Source of the DNA: Erysipelotrichaceae bacterium
GTDB taxonomy: Bacteria > Bacillota_I > Bacilli_A > Erysipelotrichales > Erysipelotrichaceae
Length of the DNA stretch: 32,000 nucleotides
Direction: 5' to 3'
Assembly (NCBI GenBank): GCA_963676105.1
Contig: OY781039.1
Location: forward strand, 840,001 to 872,000
Shown piece after piece: positions 25,312 through 32,000 of this stretch (within the stretch, counting starts at the first letter, position 1; every line of letters starts with the position of its first letter). Made by a program: the position numbers and the translations under genes. The notes under the pieces were generated by a model. That model did no database searches and was not told where the DNA came from. It worked only from the letters and a program-made list of their open reading frames with translations.

Positions 25312-26283
25312 ATGAGAGTCGCTGTTGTTGGCGCAACTGGAATGGTTGGGCAAAGCTTTATTAAAGTATTAGAAGAATATGATTTAAAAATGGAAAAGAT
25401 TCGTTTCTTTTCTAGCGCAAGATCTGCAGGTAAAGTGATTAGCTTTAAAGGTGAAGATCATACCGTATTAGAACTAAACGAAAATAGTTTTGATGAAGGT
25501 TTTGATTACGCTTTATTCTCAGCAGGTGGTGATACTTCAAAGCAGTTTGCACCGATTGCAGCTGAAAAAGGCTGTATCGTCATTGATAATTCTTCTGCAT
25601 GGCGTATGGATGATACAGTTCCGTTAATTGTGCCTGAAGTTAACCCAGAAGCTTTAAAAGATCATCATAATATTATTGCGAATCCTAACTGTTCAACGAT
25701 TCAATGTATGTTGCCTTTAAATGCTTTAAAACCATTCGGAATTAAACGTGTGGTTTATTCTACATATCAAGCGGTTGCTGGTTCTGGATATAAAGGGGTT
25801 CAAGATCTACAAAATAACTTAGAAGGCAAAGAAAGTACTTTATACCCTACTCAAATCTTACATAACGTGATTCCTCATATTGATGTCTTTTTAGAAAATG
25901 GAAATACCAAAGAAGAAGAAAAGATGATAAATGAAACACGTAAGATTTTAAATTTAAAAGACTTACCAGTTAGCGCAACATGTGTACGTGTCCCTGTCTT
26001 TATTGGTCACTCTGTTTCAATTAATGTCGAATTTGAAAAAGACTTTACAATGGATGAAGTACTGAGTGCTTTAAATAAACAAAAAGGCATGAAAGTTTAT
26101 GAAGGAACTGACTACCCTACTCCTCTAGAGTGTGAGGGGATTGATACAACCTTAGTCGGTAGAGTAAGACGTGATTCATCAGTAAAATCAGGACTTAACT
26201 TATGGGTGGTAGCGGATAATATCCGTAAAGGTGCGGCAAGTAATGCTGTACAAATCTTAAAAGTATTTGAAAATATTGATTAG
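25312..26283 (+). CDS. asd: Aspartate-semialdehyde dehydrogenase
   Basis: Rossmann MRVAVVGATGMVGQ, active-site IANPNCSTIQ, C-terminal DNIRKGAASNAVQI. SD AAGGAGA. Confidence 0.92.
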   Translation: MRVAVVGATGMVGQSFIKVLEEYDLKMEKIRFFSSARSAGKVISFKGEDHTVLELNENSFDEGFDYALFSAGGDTSKQFAPIAAEKGCIVIDNSSAWRMDDTVPLIVPEVNPEALKDHHNIIANPNCSTIQCMLPLNALKPFGIKRVVYSTYQAVAGSGYKGVQDLQNNLEGKESTLYPTQILHNVIPHIDVFLENGNTKEEEKMINETRKILNLKDLPVSATCVRVPVFIGHSVSINVEFEKDFTMDEVLSALNKQKGMKVYEGTDYPTPLECEGIDTTLVGRVRRDSSVKSGLNLWVVADNIRKGAASNAVQILKVFENID

Positions 26284-26289
26284 TTTATA

Positions 26290-26320
26290 AAGGGTATGTT
26301 AGAAATGACATACTTTTTTA
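26290..26320 (+). terminator. Rho-independent terminator of lysA-asd
   Basis: aagGGTATGTtagaaatgACATACtttttt: a 6-bp core stem that extends with G.U pairs, followed by T6. Confidence 0.65.
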
Positions 26321-26337
26321 TTTATTCAAAATAGAAA

Positions 26338-26366
26338 TTGCACGAAATATCTTCAAGTGTTATGAT
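26338..26366 (+). promoter_or_regulatory. Candidate promoter of the hicA-hicB-secB-like operon (TTGCAC-17-TATGAT)
   Basis: -35 at 26338-26343, -10 at 26361-26366. Confidence 0.55.
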
Positions 26367-26374
26367 AATGACAT

Positions 26375-26402
26375 ATTATGACACTATATTTGGTGTCATA
26401 AT
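26375..26402 (+). promoter_or_regulatory. Perfect 10-8-10 palindrome, candidate HicB (RHH) operator
   Basis: ATTATGACAC-tatatttg-GTGTCATAAT lies between the -10 and the SD (GGGGGA). An extra half-site-like ATGACA sits at 26368-26373. Confidence 0.55.
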
Positions 26403-26420
26403 AAAATTATTAGGGGGATT

Positions 26421-26690
26421 ATGGGTTCTAATTCGAAACTTATTAAGAAAATTCTAAGGAAAGAGACTCCTAGTGATATAACAATAGATGAATTAGATCG
26501 GCTTTTGATTTATCTTGGGTTCGTATTACAAACTCAAAACAGTTCACACAGAAACTACAAACACCAGGGTTTAACTTACCTATTAACAATAGCTACTCAC
26601 GGCAATAAGTCACAAGTATTAAAAATATATATTAAAAATACAAAGAAAGCCTTTCAAGAATTAGGAATAAATGGAGAGAGTACACGATGA
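26421..26690 (+). CDS. hicA: HicA-family mRNA interferase toxin
   Basis: ..ITIDELDRLLIYLGFVLQTQNSSHRNYKH..LTIATHGNKSQVLKIYIKNTKKAFQELGI matches the HicA pattern (GF.L.R..GSH..Y.H ... HG.K.L....L..IL...G). Confidence 0.75.
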   Translation: MGSNSKLIKKILRKETPSDITIDELDRLLIYLGFVLQTQNSSHRNYKHQGLTYLLTIATHGNKSQVLKIYIKNTKKAFQELGINGESTR

Positions 26691-27205
26691 ATTACAAAAT
26701 GATAATATACAAAATGGATAATGGAGATGGATTAGACTTTGTTGCGGAGTACCCTGCACTAAAAGGCGTTTCAGGCGTTGGAACAAATCCTCAAGAAGCT
26801 ATTGAAAGTCTAGAGCTAAGCGCAAAATTCAATATTGATGCATTAAAAGAAGCAGGTTTGCCTATCCCTGAAGAAGATGCTTATATTGAAGACGATTATA
26901 GCGGAAAAGTTACTTTAAGACTTTCAAAAGGACTTCATCGTAAAGTATCGGATATAGCAAATAATCAAGGGATTAGTCTTAATCAATATTTAAATGAAGC
27001 AATTTCTTCTTATTCAAGTGTCCAAGTATTTGAAAATCAACTGGTTAATAAAACATTTGATTTTATTCTATTATCCACATCAACAAATTTTAAGACTTTT
27101 GACTTTTTTACAAGTACAGAAAAGTTTACAAATGAATATTCAAACAATAACCCAAATTTATTCCCATTAGAACAGGAGTTCAGTCATGACAAATATACCT
27201 GCTAG
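26687..27205 (+). CDS. hicB: HicB-family antitoxin (HicB N-domain plus RHH DNA-binding domain) with a ~60-aa C-terminal extension
   Basis: FVAEYPALKGVSGVGTNPQEAIESLELSAKFNIDALKEAGLPIPEE is the HicB-like domain. YSGKVTLRLSKGLHRKVSDIANNQGISLNQYLNEAIS is the ribbon-helix-helix. The tail contains NKTFDF..FKTFDFF. ATGA overlap with hicA. Confidence 0.8.
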   Translation: MNYKMIIYKMDNGDGLDFVAEYPALKGVSGVGTNPQEAIESLELSAKFNIDALKEAGLPIPEEDAYIEDDYSGKVTLRLSKGLHRKVSDIANNQGISLNQYLNEAISSYSSVQVFENQLVNKTFDFILLSTSTNFKTFDFFTSTEKFTNEYSNNNPNLFPLEQEFSHDKYTC

Positions 27206-27617
27206 GCCTAAATTACACTTCGAAAATGTAAATATAAAAATAAAAGATATTAACTATCAAAGTTTAGATTCAAAAATTCCAAATGGTAAGATAATTCTTA
27301 ATGATAAATATGATATCGAATCCATTTCTAAAAAAGAAATCTTAATGTATGTTCAAAGAACAGTTACCACTGATCCAAATAAAATTTTTGAATTAAAAGT
27401 AAAAATTGAGCTAAAATTACCATTAAACCAAAAAGATCATAAATTTGATGGATCAATTGAAGAGCTCAGAGAATATATTAAAAAAAATGTTCTCATCATC
27501 ATTAATAATAGTAGTTGTATGCAAACAGTCAGTTTGTTAATTTCACAAATCACATCAGCTTATGCAAGAGTACCAGTCATAACTCCACCTAATTTCATTT
27601 CTAACATTTCTAAATAG
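27186..27617 (+). CDS. SecB-like chaperone candidate (third gene of the module)
   Basis: By-eye alignment to E. coli SecB: HFENVNIKIKDINYQ vs FQIQRIYTKDISFE; YVQRTVTT vs VLRVTVTA; C-terminal SAYARVPVITPPNFISN vs SRGTFPQLNLAPVNFDAL. Similar size (143 aa). SD AGGAG. 20-nt overlap with hicB. Confidence 0.55.
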   Translation: MTNIPARPKLHFENVNIKIKDINYQSLDSKIPNGKIILNDKYDIESISKKEILMYVQRTVTTDPNKIFELKVKIELKLPLNQKDHKFDGSIEELREYIKKNVLIIINNSSCMQTVSLLISQITSAYARVPVITPPNFISNISK

Positions 27618-27635
27618 ATATATATGACTTAAACT

Positions 27636-27658
27636 AGCCTAGATTTCTAGGCTTTTTA
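27636..27658 (+). terminator. Rho-independent terminator of the three-gene module
   Basis: AGCCTAG-attt-CTAGGCT followed by TTTTTAT. Confidence 0.75.
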
Positions 27659-27695
27659 TAAGTCTTTGTTGTACAATAGTCTATAGGTTTAAACT

Positions 27696-29045
27696 ATGTT
27701 TCAAACAATACTTAAAAAATTTCAGAATACCCTTCTGTTTCTATTAGCCTTGATTACATATGCCACAATCTTTGGAAGTTTTATGTGGATTTTTCATTAT
27801 GCTTATCCAGAGCTTCTTATGCAAACCCGTGAAGCTGCCGTGGTATCCATTACTTATGTCTTAACCTTTGGACTAATGTTGAATGCCTATGGTGGTTTTG
27901 ATGTCGGTGAGAAACAAACACGACAGATTATTTACTCACTCATTATTGTGACCTTTATCGCTGATATCTTTGCTTATGTGGTGATTCAAATTACCAATCC
28001 AAGCATTTGGAATATTTGGCAATTTGGTTTTTATTCCATACGTCGTTTAGTCTTTACTTATGTGATTCAAGTTGTTTTGATTATTGCCTTAACATATTTA
28101 GGAAATAAACTTTACTTTAAAATTAACAAGCCCAAGAAAACTTTAATCATTCATGCCTTTGATACAAAACCAAATCGTATTGTAAAGAAGATAAAAAGTA
28201 ACACCTATAAATATGAATTAACGGATGTGATTGATGATACTAATGTAATGACATGCAAAGAGTTGATAGATCAAAATGAAGTGATTGTTTTATATAACAT
28301 TCCAAAGGATGAGCGTATTCAATTCAATGAATATGGGTATAAAGCTAATAAAATTGTTTTATATAATGCTGAAATCATGGATGTGGTTGAATTTAGAAGT
28401 AAACATGTGATGATGGATGATTTATCCTTATTTACCACTAATATCTCTGATTTCACGATGGAACAAAGAATATTAAAACGAGTTTTAGATTTAATTGTAG
28501 CCATTGTTGGTTTAGTGATTAGTTCGCCTTTTTGGTTGATTTTTACAATTGCGATTAAATTAGAAGATAAAGGGCCTGTCTTCTTTAAACAAAAGAGAAT
28601 GACAAAGAATAATAAAGTTTTTGAAGTTTATAAATTTAGAACGATGCGTGTCAATGCTGAAGCGAATAAGTCAGCCATGAAAGATGATGATCGTATTACA
28701 AAAGTGGGTAATATCTTACGTAAAATTCGTTTAGATGAATTACCACAAATATTAAATATTCTTAAAGGTGATATGTCAGTGGTTGGCCCACGTCCTGAAA
28801 TGTTAGCGAATGTGACTAAGTACACCAAAGAAATGCCTGAATTTGAGCTTCGTTTACGTGCAAAAGCTGGATTAACCGGCTATGCACAAATCTATGGGAA
28901 ATATAATACATCGCCTAAAGATAAGTTAATCATGGATCTTATGTATATCGAAAACTATAGTATTTGGTTAGATATTAAACTCATCCTTCAAACCGTTATG
29001 GTCTTTTTAAAGATTGATGATAGTACGGAAGGTTTTGATGACTAA
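27696..29045 (+). CDS. Polyprenyl-phosphate hexose-1-phosphate transferase (WbaP/CpsE-like initiating sugar transferase)
   Basis: Four to five N-terminal TM helices and a C-terminal bacterial sugar-transferase domain: RVLDLIVAIVGLVISSPFWL..KGPVFFKQKRMTKNNKVFEVYKFRTM..DDRITKVGNILRKIRLDELPQILNILKGDMSVVGPRPE. Confidence 0.88.
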   Translation: MFQTILKKFQNTLLFLLALITYATIFGSFMWIFHYAYPELLMQTREAAVVSITYVLTFGLMLNAYGGFDVGEKQTRQIIYSLIIVTFIADIFAYVVIQITNPSIWNIWQFGFYSIRRLVFTYVIQVVLIIALTYLGNKLYFKINKPKKTLIIHAFDTKPNRIVKKIKSNTYKYELTDVIDDTNVMTCKELIDQNEVIVLYNIPKDERIQFNEYGYKANKIVLYNAEIMDVVEFRSKHVMMDDLSLFTTNISDFTMEQRILKRVLDLIVAIVGLVISSPFWLIFTIAIKLEDKGPVFFKQKRMTKNNKVFEVYKFRTMRVNAEANKSAMKDDDRITKVGNILRKIRLDELPQILNILKGDMSVVGPRPEMLANVTKYTKEMPEFELRLRAKAGLTGYAQIYGKYNTSPKDKLIMDLMYIENYSIWLDIKLILQTVMVFLKIDDSTEGFDD

Positions 29046-29520
29046 GAAGAAACGAGTGGTTTATATTGCCTCCATGGGTGGCCATTTAAATGAATTACTT
29101 CAACTCTCACCTATTTTCGATGAGACAGACTATACCATTATTACTGAAAAGAGTCCTAGTACCCTTTATTTAACTGAAAAACACCAAGATAAGATTCATT
29201 ATTTAGTTTCGGGCTCACGAGAACATCTTTTGTCTTATCTTTTTAAGTTTGCCTATAACGCATTCTTGAGTTTAATCTATGTTTTACGATTTAGACCTCA
29301 ATCTGTGGTCAGTACAGGTACACATACGGCCGTTGTTTTCTGTTATTTAGCTAAAATACTTCTTCGCTCTAAAATCATTTATATCGAAACCTATGCCAAT
29401 GTGAAATTAGCTAATATATCAGGGAAATTAATTCATCCGATTGCAGATTTATATTTGGTTCAATGGGAGAGCTTATTACCTGTATACAAAAAAGCAAAAT
29501 ATGTAGGGAGGTTGTACTGA
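29038..29520 (+). CDS. Alg14-like membrane subunit of a split glycosyltransferase (Cps14F/PssD-like)
   Basis: MTKKKRVVYIASMGGHLNELLQL.. and ..VSTGTHTAVVFCYLAKI..IYIETYANV. ATG 29038 overlaps the upstream stop by 8 nt, with SD GGAAGG. Confidence 0.75.
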   Translation: MTKKKRVVYIASMGGHLNELLQLSPIFDETDYTIITEKSPSTLYLTEKHQDKIHYLVSGSREHLLSYLFKFAYNAFLSLIYVLRFRPQSVVSTGTHTAVVFCYLAKILLRSKIIYIETYANVKLANISGKLIHPIADLYLVQWESLLPVYKKAKYVGRLY

Positions 29521-29996
29521 TGATTTTAGTAACTGTGGGAACACAAGACAAACCTTTTACTAGACTACTTGAAGCTTTAGAAAAAGCGAAACAAAATGGA
29601 CTCATTCAGGATGAAATCATGGTTCAAGCCGGTTATACAGTATATAAATCTGATGTCTTAAAGATTAAAGATTATTATTCACAAACGGCTTTAGATGATT
29701 TGCGAGAAAAAGCAGATTTAATTATTACGCATGCTGGGGTAGGATCTATTTTAGATAGCTTAAAGTATCACAAGAAAGTGATTGGTGTTGCGCGTCTTCA
29801 AAAATACGGGGAACACGCCAATAATCATCAATATGAAATACTCGATAGTTTCACAGATGAGGGTTATATTCTAAGATGTGATGATTTTGATCACATTGAT
29901 GAAGTGATTAAAGATGCTTACAAATTCGAACCAAAACCGTATCCATTTGATAACTCAAATATACTAAAAACTGTTTTAGACGCCATAAATAACTGA
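29520..29996 (+). CDS. Alg13-like catalytic subunit of a split glycosyltransferase (Cps14G/PssE-like, Glyco_tran_28_C)
   Basis: MILVTVGTQDKPFTRLL.. and ..LIITHAGVGSILDSL..N.HQ. ATG 29520 overlaps the upstream TGA by 1 nt, with SD GGGAGG. Confidence 0.78.
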   Translation: MILVTVGTQDKPFTRLLEALEKAKQNGLIQDEIMVQAGYTVYKSDVLKIKDYYSQTALDDLREKADLIITHAGVGSILDSLKYHKKVIGVARLQKYGEHANNHQYEILDSFTDEGYILRCDDFDHIDEVIKDAYKFEPKPYPFDNSNILKTVLDAINN

Positions 29997-30056
29997 ATTT
30001 AGTGGATTTAAGACAGTTTTTTTATACAATAATGCCAAATTTATCCTTCTAATGTA

Positions 30057-30085
30057 TTTACAAATTTGAATTATGTTATTACAAT
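30057..30085 (+). promoter_or_regulatory. Candidate promoter of the XRE regulator (TTTACA-17-TACAAT)
   Basis: -35 at 30057-30062, -10 at 30080-30085. This places the ORF-track start (30073) inside the promoter and so favours ATG 30118. Confidence 0.5.
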
Positions 30086-30117
30086 TAATGCATAAATACC
30101 GTGGGGGTAAGTCAGTC

Positions 30118-30366
30118 ATGAGTTCAAACTCGAAAAAATCTAGTCCAATAAGCAAAGCTGAACTTTTAGAAATTCGTCAGAATTTTGGAACTAAAGTTAA
30201 AAACTTTAGAAAAGCTAATCGCTTATCACAAGAAGATTTAGCTTTACGCTCTTCTTTACACAGAAATTATATTTCTGATACAGAAAGAGGTCGACGTAAT
30301 ATCTCTTTTGATGCTTTATTTAAACTAGCGAGTGGACTTGGGGTTAATGTTCGGGATCTGTTCTAA
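30118..30366 (+). CDS. XRE-family helix-turn-helix transcriptional regulator
   Basis: FRKANRLSQEDLALRSSLHRNYISDTERGRRNISFDALFKLASGLG is a classic Cro/C1 HTH. Start at MSSNSKK with GGGGGT upstream. Confidence 0.82.
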   Translation: MSSNSKKSSPISKAELLEIRQNFGTKVKNFRKANRLSQEDLALRSSLHRNYISDTERGRRNISFDALFKLASGLGVNVRDLF

Positions 30367-30376
30367 ATGAATCAAG

Positions 30377-30398
30377 AAGCGCTGAAATGCGCTTTTTG
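30377..30398 (+). terminator. Rho-independent terminator of the XRE gene
   Basis: AAGCGC-tgaaat-GCGCTT followed by TTTGA. Confidence 0.65.
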
Positions 30399-30429
30399 AT
30401 TGCTTGAGTGTTATAATTGTTTATGACTT

Positions 30430-30666
30430 ATGCGACTATTACAAAGCTTACTTGTTTTGATATTTTCAATCTTCTTATTAATGACCTTATGGCCAGTTTT
30501 TGTATTTTTAGTGATTGTTTTTATTATATACTTTATTGTCATTAAAAATCGAATGACTCAAGCAATGAATGATATACATGAGATGAATCAAGATAGTAAA
30601 CATGAAAGACCATCAGATCCTAATGTAATAGATGTTGAAGTCTTAGATGAACGAGAAGAAAAATAA
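30430..30666 (+). CDS. Small membrane protein (78 aa), unknown function
   Basis: Two hydrophobic segments (LLVLIFSIFLLMTLWPVFVFLVIVFIIYFIVI) and an acidic C-terminus. TGTTATAAT lies 12 nt upstream and there is no SD. The stop abuts the next ATG (TAAATG). Confidence 0.45.
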   Translation: MRLLQSLLVLIFSIFLLMTLWPVFVFLVIVFIIYFIVIKNRMTQAMNDIHEMNQDSKHERPSDPNVIDVEVLDEREEK

Positions 30667-31572
30667 ATGATTAATCAGCATTTAACTGAAGATTTTATAT
30701 TAGTTAGTACAGATGATATTCAAAAGATCTGTGATTATATTCAAAAAGCCAAGTACACTGAAAGCAACCACAATGTGGTGAATATGTTTCAATGGTTTAA
30801 TCAATTCCCTTTATGGCAATATCATACTGAAAACTATATGTTACTTTTAGGTATTCATAAGGGGCATTTATTCACCTATATGCCTTTATGTGAAGAGAAA
30901 TACTTTAGAGAAGCGATGTTAAAAGCACGCAGTCTTTATAAGCAATTTAATATTCCTTTTGAATTATCGTGTTATACAGAAGAAAATAAGGATAAAGCCC
31001 TATCAATCTTTCCCCATATGCGAGCAAGTGCAGAGCGTGAAGCTGCTGATTATATTCATGAAGTTGAAAAGTTAAGAACATTAAGTGGTAAGAAACTTCA
31101 AAAGCGTCGTAATAACTACAATAACTTTATTAAAACGTATGAAAATCGATGGACTTATGAAGAATTGAGTTTGGATAATCTTCAAGAAGTTAAAAACTAC
31201 TTATATACCTGGAAGCGTGATATGACTGAAGAATATTTACGTTATGAAATTGAAGGAGCTGATAAAGTGCTCGATTTATTTGGTACCCTACCCTATAAAG
31301 GTGGTGTCATTCGTATTGATGGTGAAGTGAAAGCCTTTATTATTGTCTCTGCTTGTATTCCTAATATGATTCAAATCAATATTGAAAAAGCAGATCCAAG
31401 TATTCGTGGTTTATACCAAGCCATTGAAAAAGAATTTTTAATGAGACACTATCATGATGTCAAGTGGGCTAATCGAGAAGATGATATGGGAGATGAAAAT
31501 TTAAGACAGGCAAAACTTGCCTTAAAACCTGATCATATGATTGAAAAATATCGCATTAAGGAACAGTTATGA
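30667..31572 (+). CDS. DUF2156-family protein (MprF/LPG-synthase C-terminal-domain-like, tandem GNAT fold)
   Basis: 301 aa. AADYIHEVEKLRTLSGKKLQKRRNNYNNFIKTY matches the conserved DY.Y....L..L.GKK....R...N.F segment of DUF2156 as I remember it. Confidence 0.55.
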   Translation: MINQHLTEDFILVSTDDIQKICDYIQKAKYTESNHNVVNMFQWFNQFPLWQYHTENYMLLLGIHKGHLFTYMPLCEEKYFREAMLKARSLYKQFNIPFELSCYTEENKDKALSIFPHMRASAEREAADYIHEVEKLRTLSGKKLQKRRNNYNNFIKTYENRWTYEELSLDNLQEVKNYLYTWKRDMTEEYLRYEIEGADKVLDLFGTLPYKGGVIRIDGEVKAFIIVSACIPNMIQINIEKADPSIRGLYQAIEKEFLMRHYHDVKWANREDDMGDENLRQAKLALKPDHMIEKYRIKEQL

Positions 31573-32000
31573 TAATACGTAAAGCACAAGAAAAAGATAA
31601 AGAGAGAGTTGAAAAAGCCTGGCGAAGTATCTTTGCCCATGATGATCATGGTCATAGTGACTTTTATTTTAAGTATGCATATGATCCAACACAGTGTTTT
31701 TTATTAACAGATGATCATGATGAAATGATATCGGCTTGTCAGGTCCACGAAAAAACCTTGATGTTTGCCAGTAAACCTTTAAAAGTTTCATTCATTGTTG
31801 GCTTATTGACTTTGCCACAATATCGTAAACAGGGTTATATGAAAAAACTCTTAACTGAAGTCCTAGATATTCAAGAACATAAACATCACTTTACGCTTAT
31901 TCAAGCTTATGATCCGAGTTTATATTTAAAATATGGATTTGAACCGATTTATGATCGTGTGACTTATACCCTTGAAGCCGCTCAAGTACCTGTTATTTCA
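31569..32000 (+). CDS. Eis-like GNAT acetyltransferase, N-terminal 144 codons (runs off the right edge)
   Basis: My own translation gives MIIRKAQEKDKERVEKAWRSIF..VGLLTLPQYRKQGYMKKLLTEVL..YDPSLYLKYGFEP. The GNAT motif A is Q/RxxGxG/A-like RKQGYM. ATGA overlap with the upstream gene. Confidence 0.7.
   Translation, partial: MIIRKAQEKDKERVEKAWRSIFAHDDHGHSDFYFKYAYDPTQCFLLTDDHDEMISACQVHEKTLMFASKPLKVSFIVGLLTLPQYRKQGYMKKLLTEVLDIQEHKHHFTLIQAYDPSLYLKYGFEPIYDRVTYTLEAAQVPVIS

Noticed and set aside
26284-27695. The TAC module as part of a mobile element or prophage remnant
   Set aside because: No integrase, transposase, tRNA attachment site or flanking direct or inverted repeats are visible. The flanks are ordinary terminators and promoters. 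It may still have been acquired horizontally, but the sequence shows no mobility machinery.
30073-30117. Longer XRE ORF starting at 30073 (MLLQLMHKYRGGKSV...)
   Set aside because: That ATG lies inside the predicted promoter spacer (TTTACA-17-TACAAT, 30057-30085) and has no SD. ATG 30118 has GGGGGT upstream and yields a normal-length HTH protein.

Overview
Gene-dense, AT-rich chromosomal window from a low-GC Gram-positive-type bacterium. Gene content and style suggest Bacillota (Erysipelotrichia- or Acholeplasma-like); no species can be assigned. The code is standard (TGA is a stop), most genes have GGAGG-type ribosome-binding sites (SD), and many promoters have an extended -10 (TGnTATAAT). 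I support about 35 protein genes and saw no rRNA, tRNA, CRISPR array, transposase or integrase. Positions 1-15930 are almost entirely minus strand: a pcrA/uvrD 5' fragment, gltX, an rRNA methyltransferase/pseudouridine synthase pair (plus strand), two paralogous zinc-ribbon membrane proteins, an FMN-dependent alpha-hydroxy-acid oxidoreductase, a patatin-cardiolipin synthase-PHP phosphatase-HAD block, a GNAT, and a chitobiose/cellobiose-type PTS locus (EIIB, GH4 6-phospho-beta-glucosidase, HAD, ChbG, EIIB-like, EIIC). That locus is split by hairpins and carries two cre boxes. The middle holds two RDD membrane proteins, a YjbR/MmcQ protein, a SHOCT membrane protein behind a CsoR-like palindrome, and an 1848-aa surface protein with about 14 Ig-like YQWQ domains. 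Positions 24022-32000 are plus strand: lysA-asd, a three-gene hicA-hicB-secB-like module, a minimal glycan-priming cluster (WbaP-like transferase plus a split Alg14/Alg13-like glycosyltransferase), an XRE regulator, a small membrane protein, a DUF2156 (MprF C-domain-like) protein and an Eis-like GNAT (truncated at the edge). The most interesting item is the hicA-hicB-secB-like module at 26.3-27.7 kb. It reads as a toxin-antitoxin-chaperone (TAC) system: the HicB antitoxin has a roughly 60-aa aromatic C-terminal extension, and the third gene looks like SecB. All calls rest on reading the translations and the DNA by eye; no database search was run.
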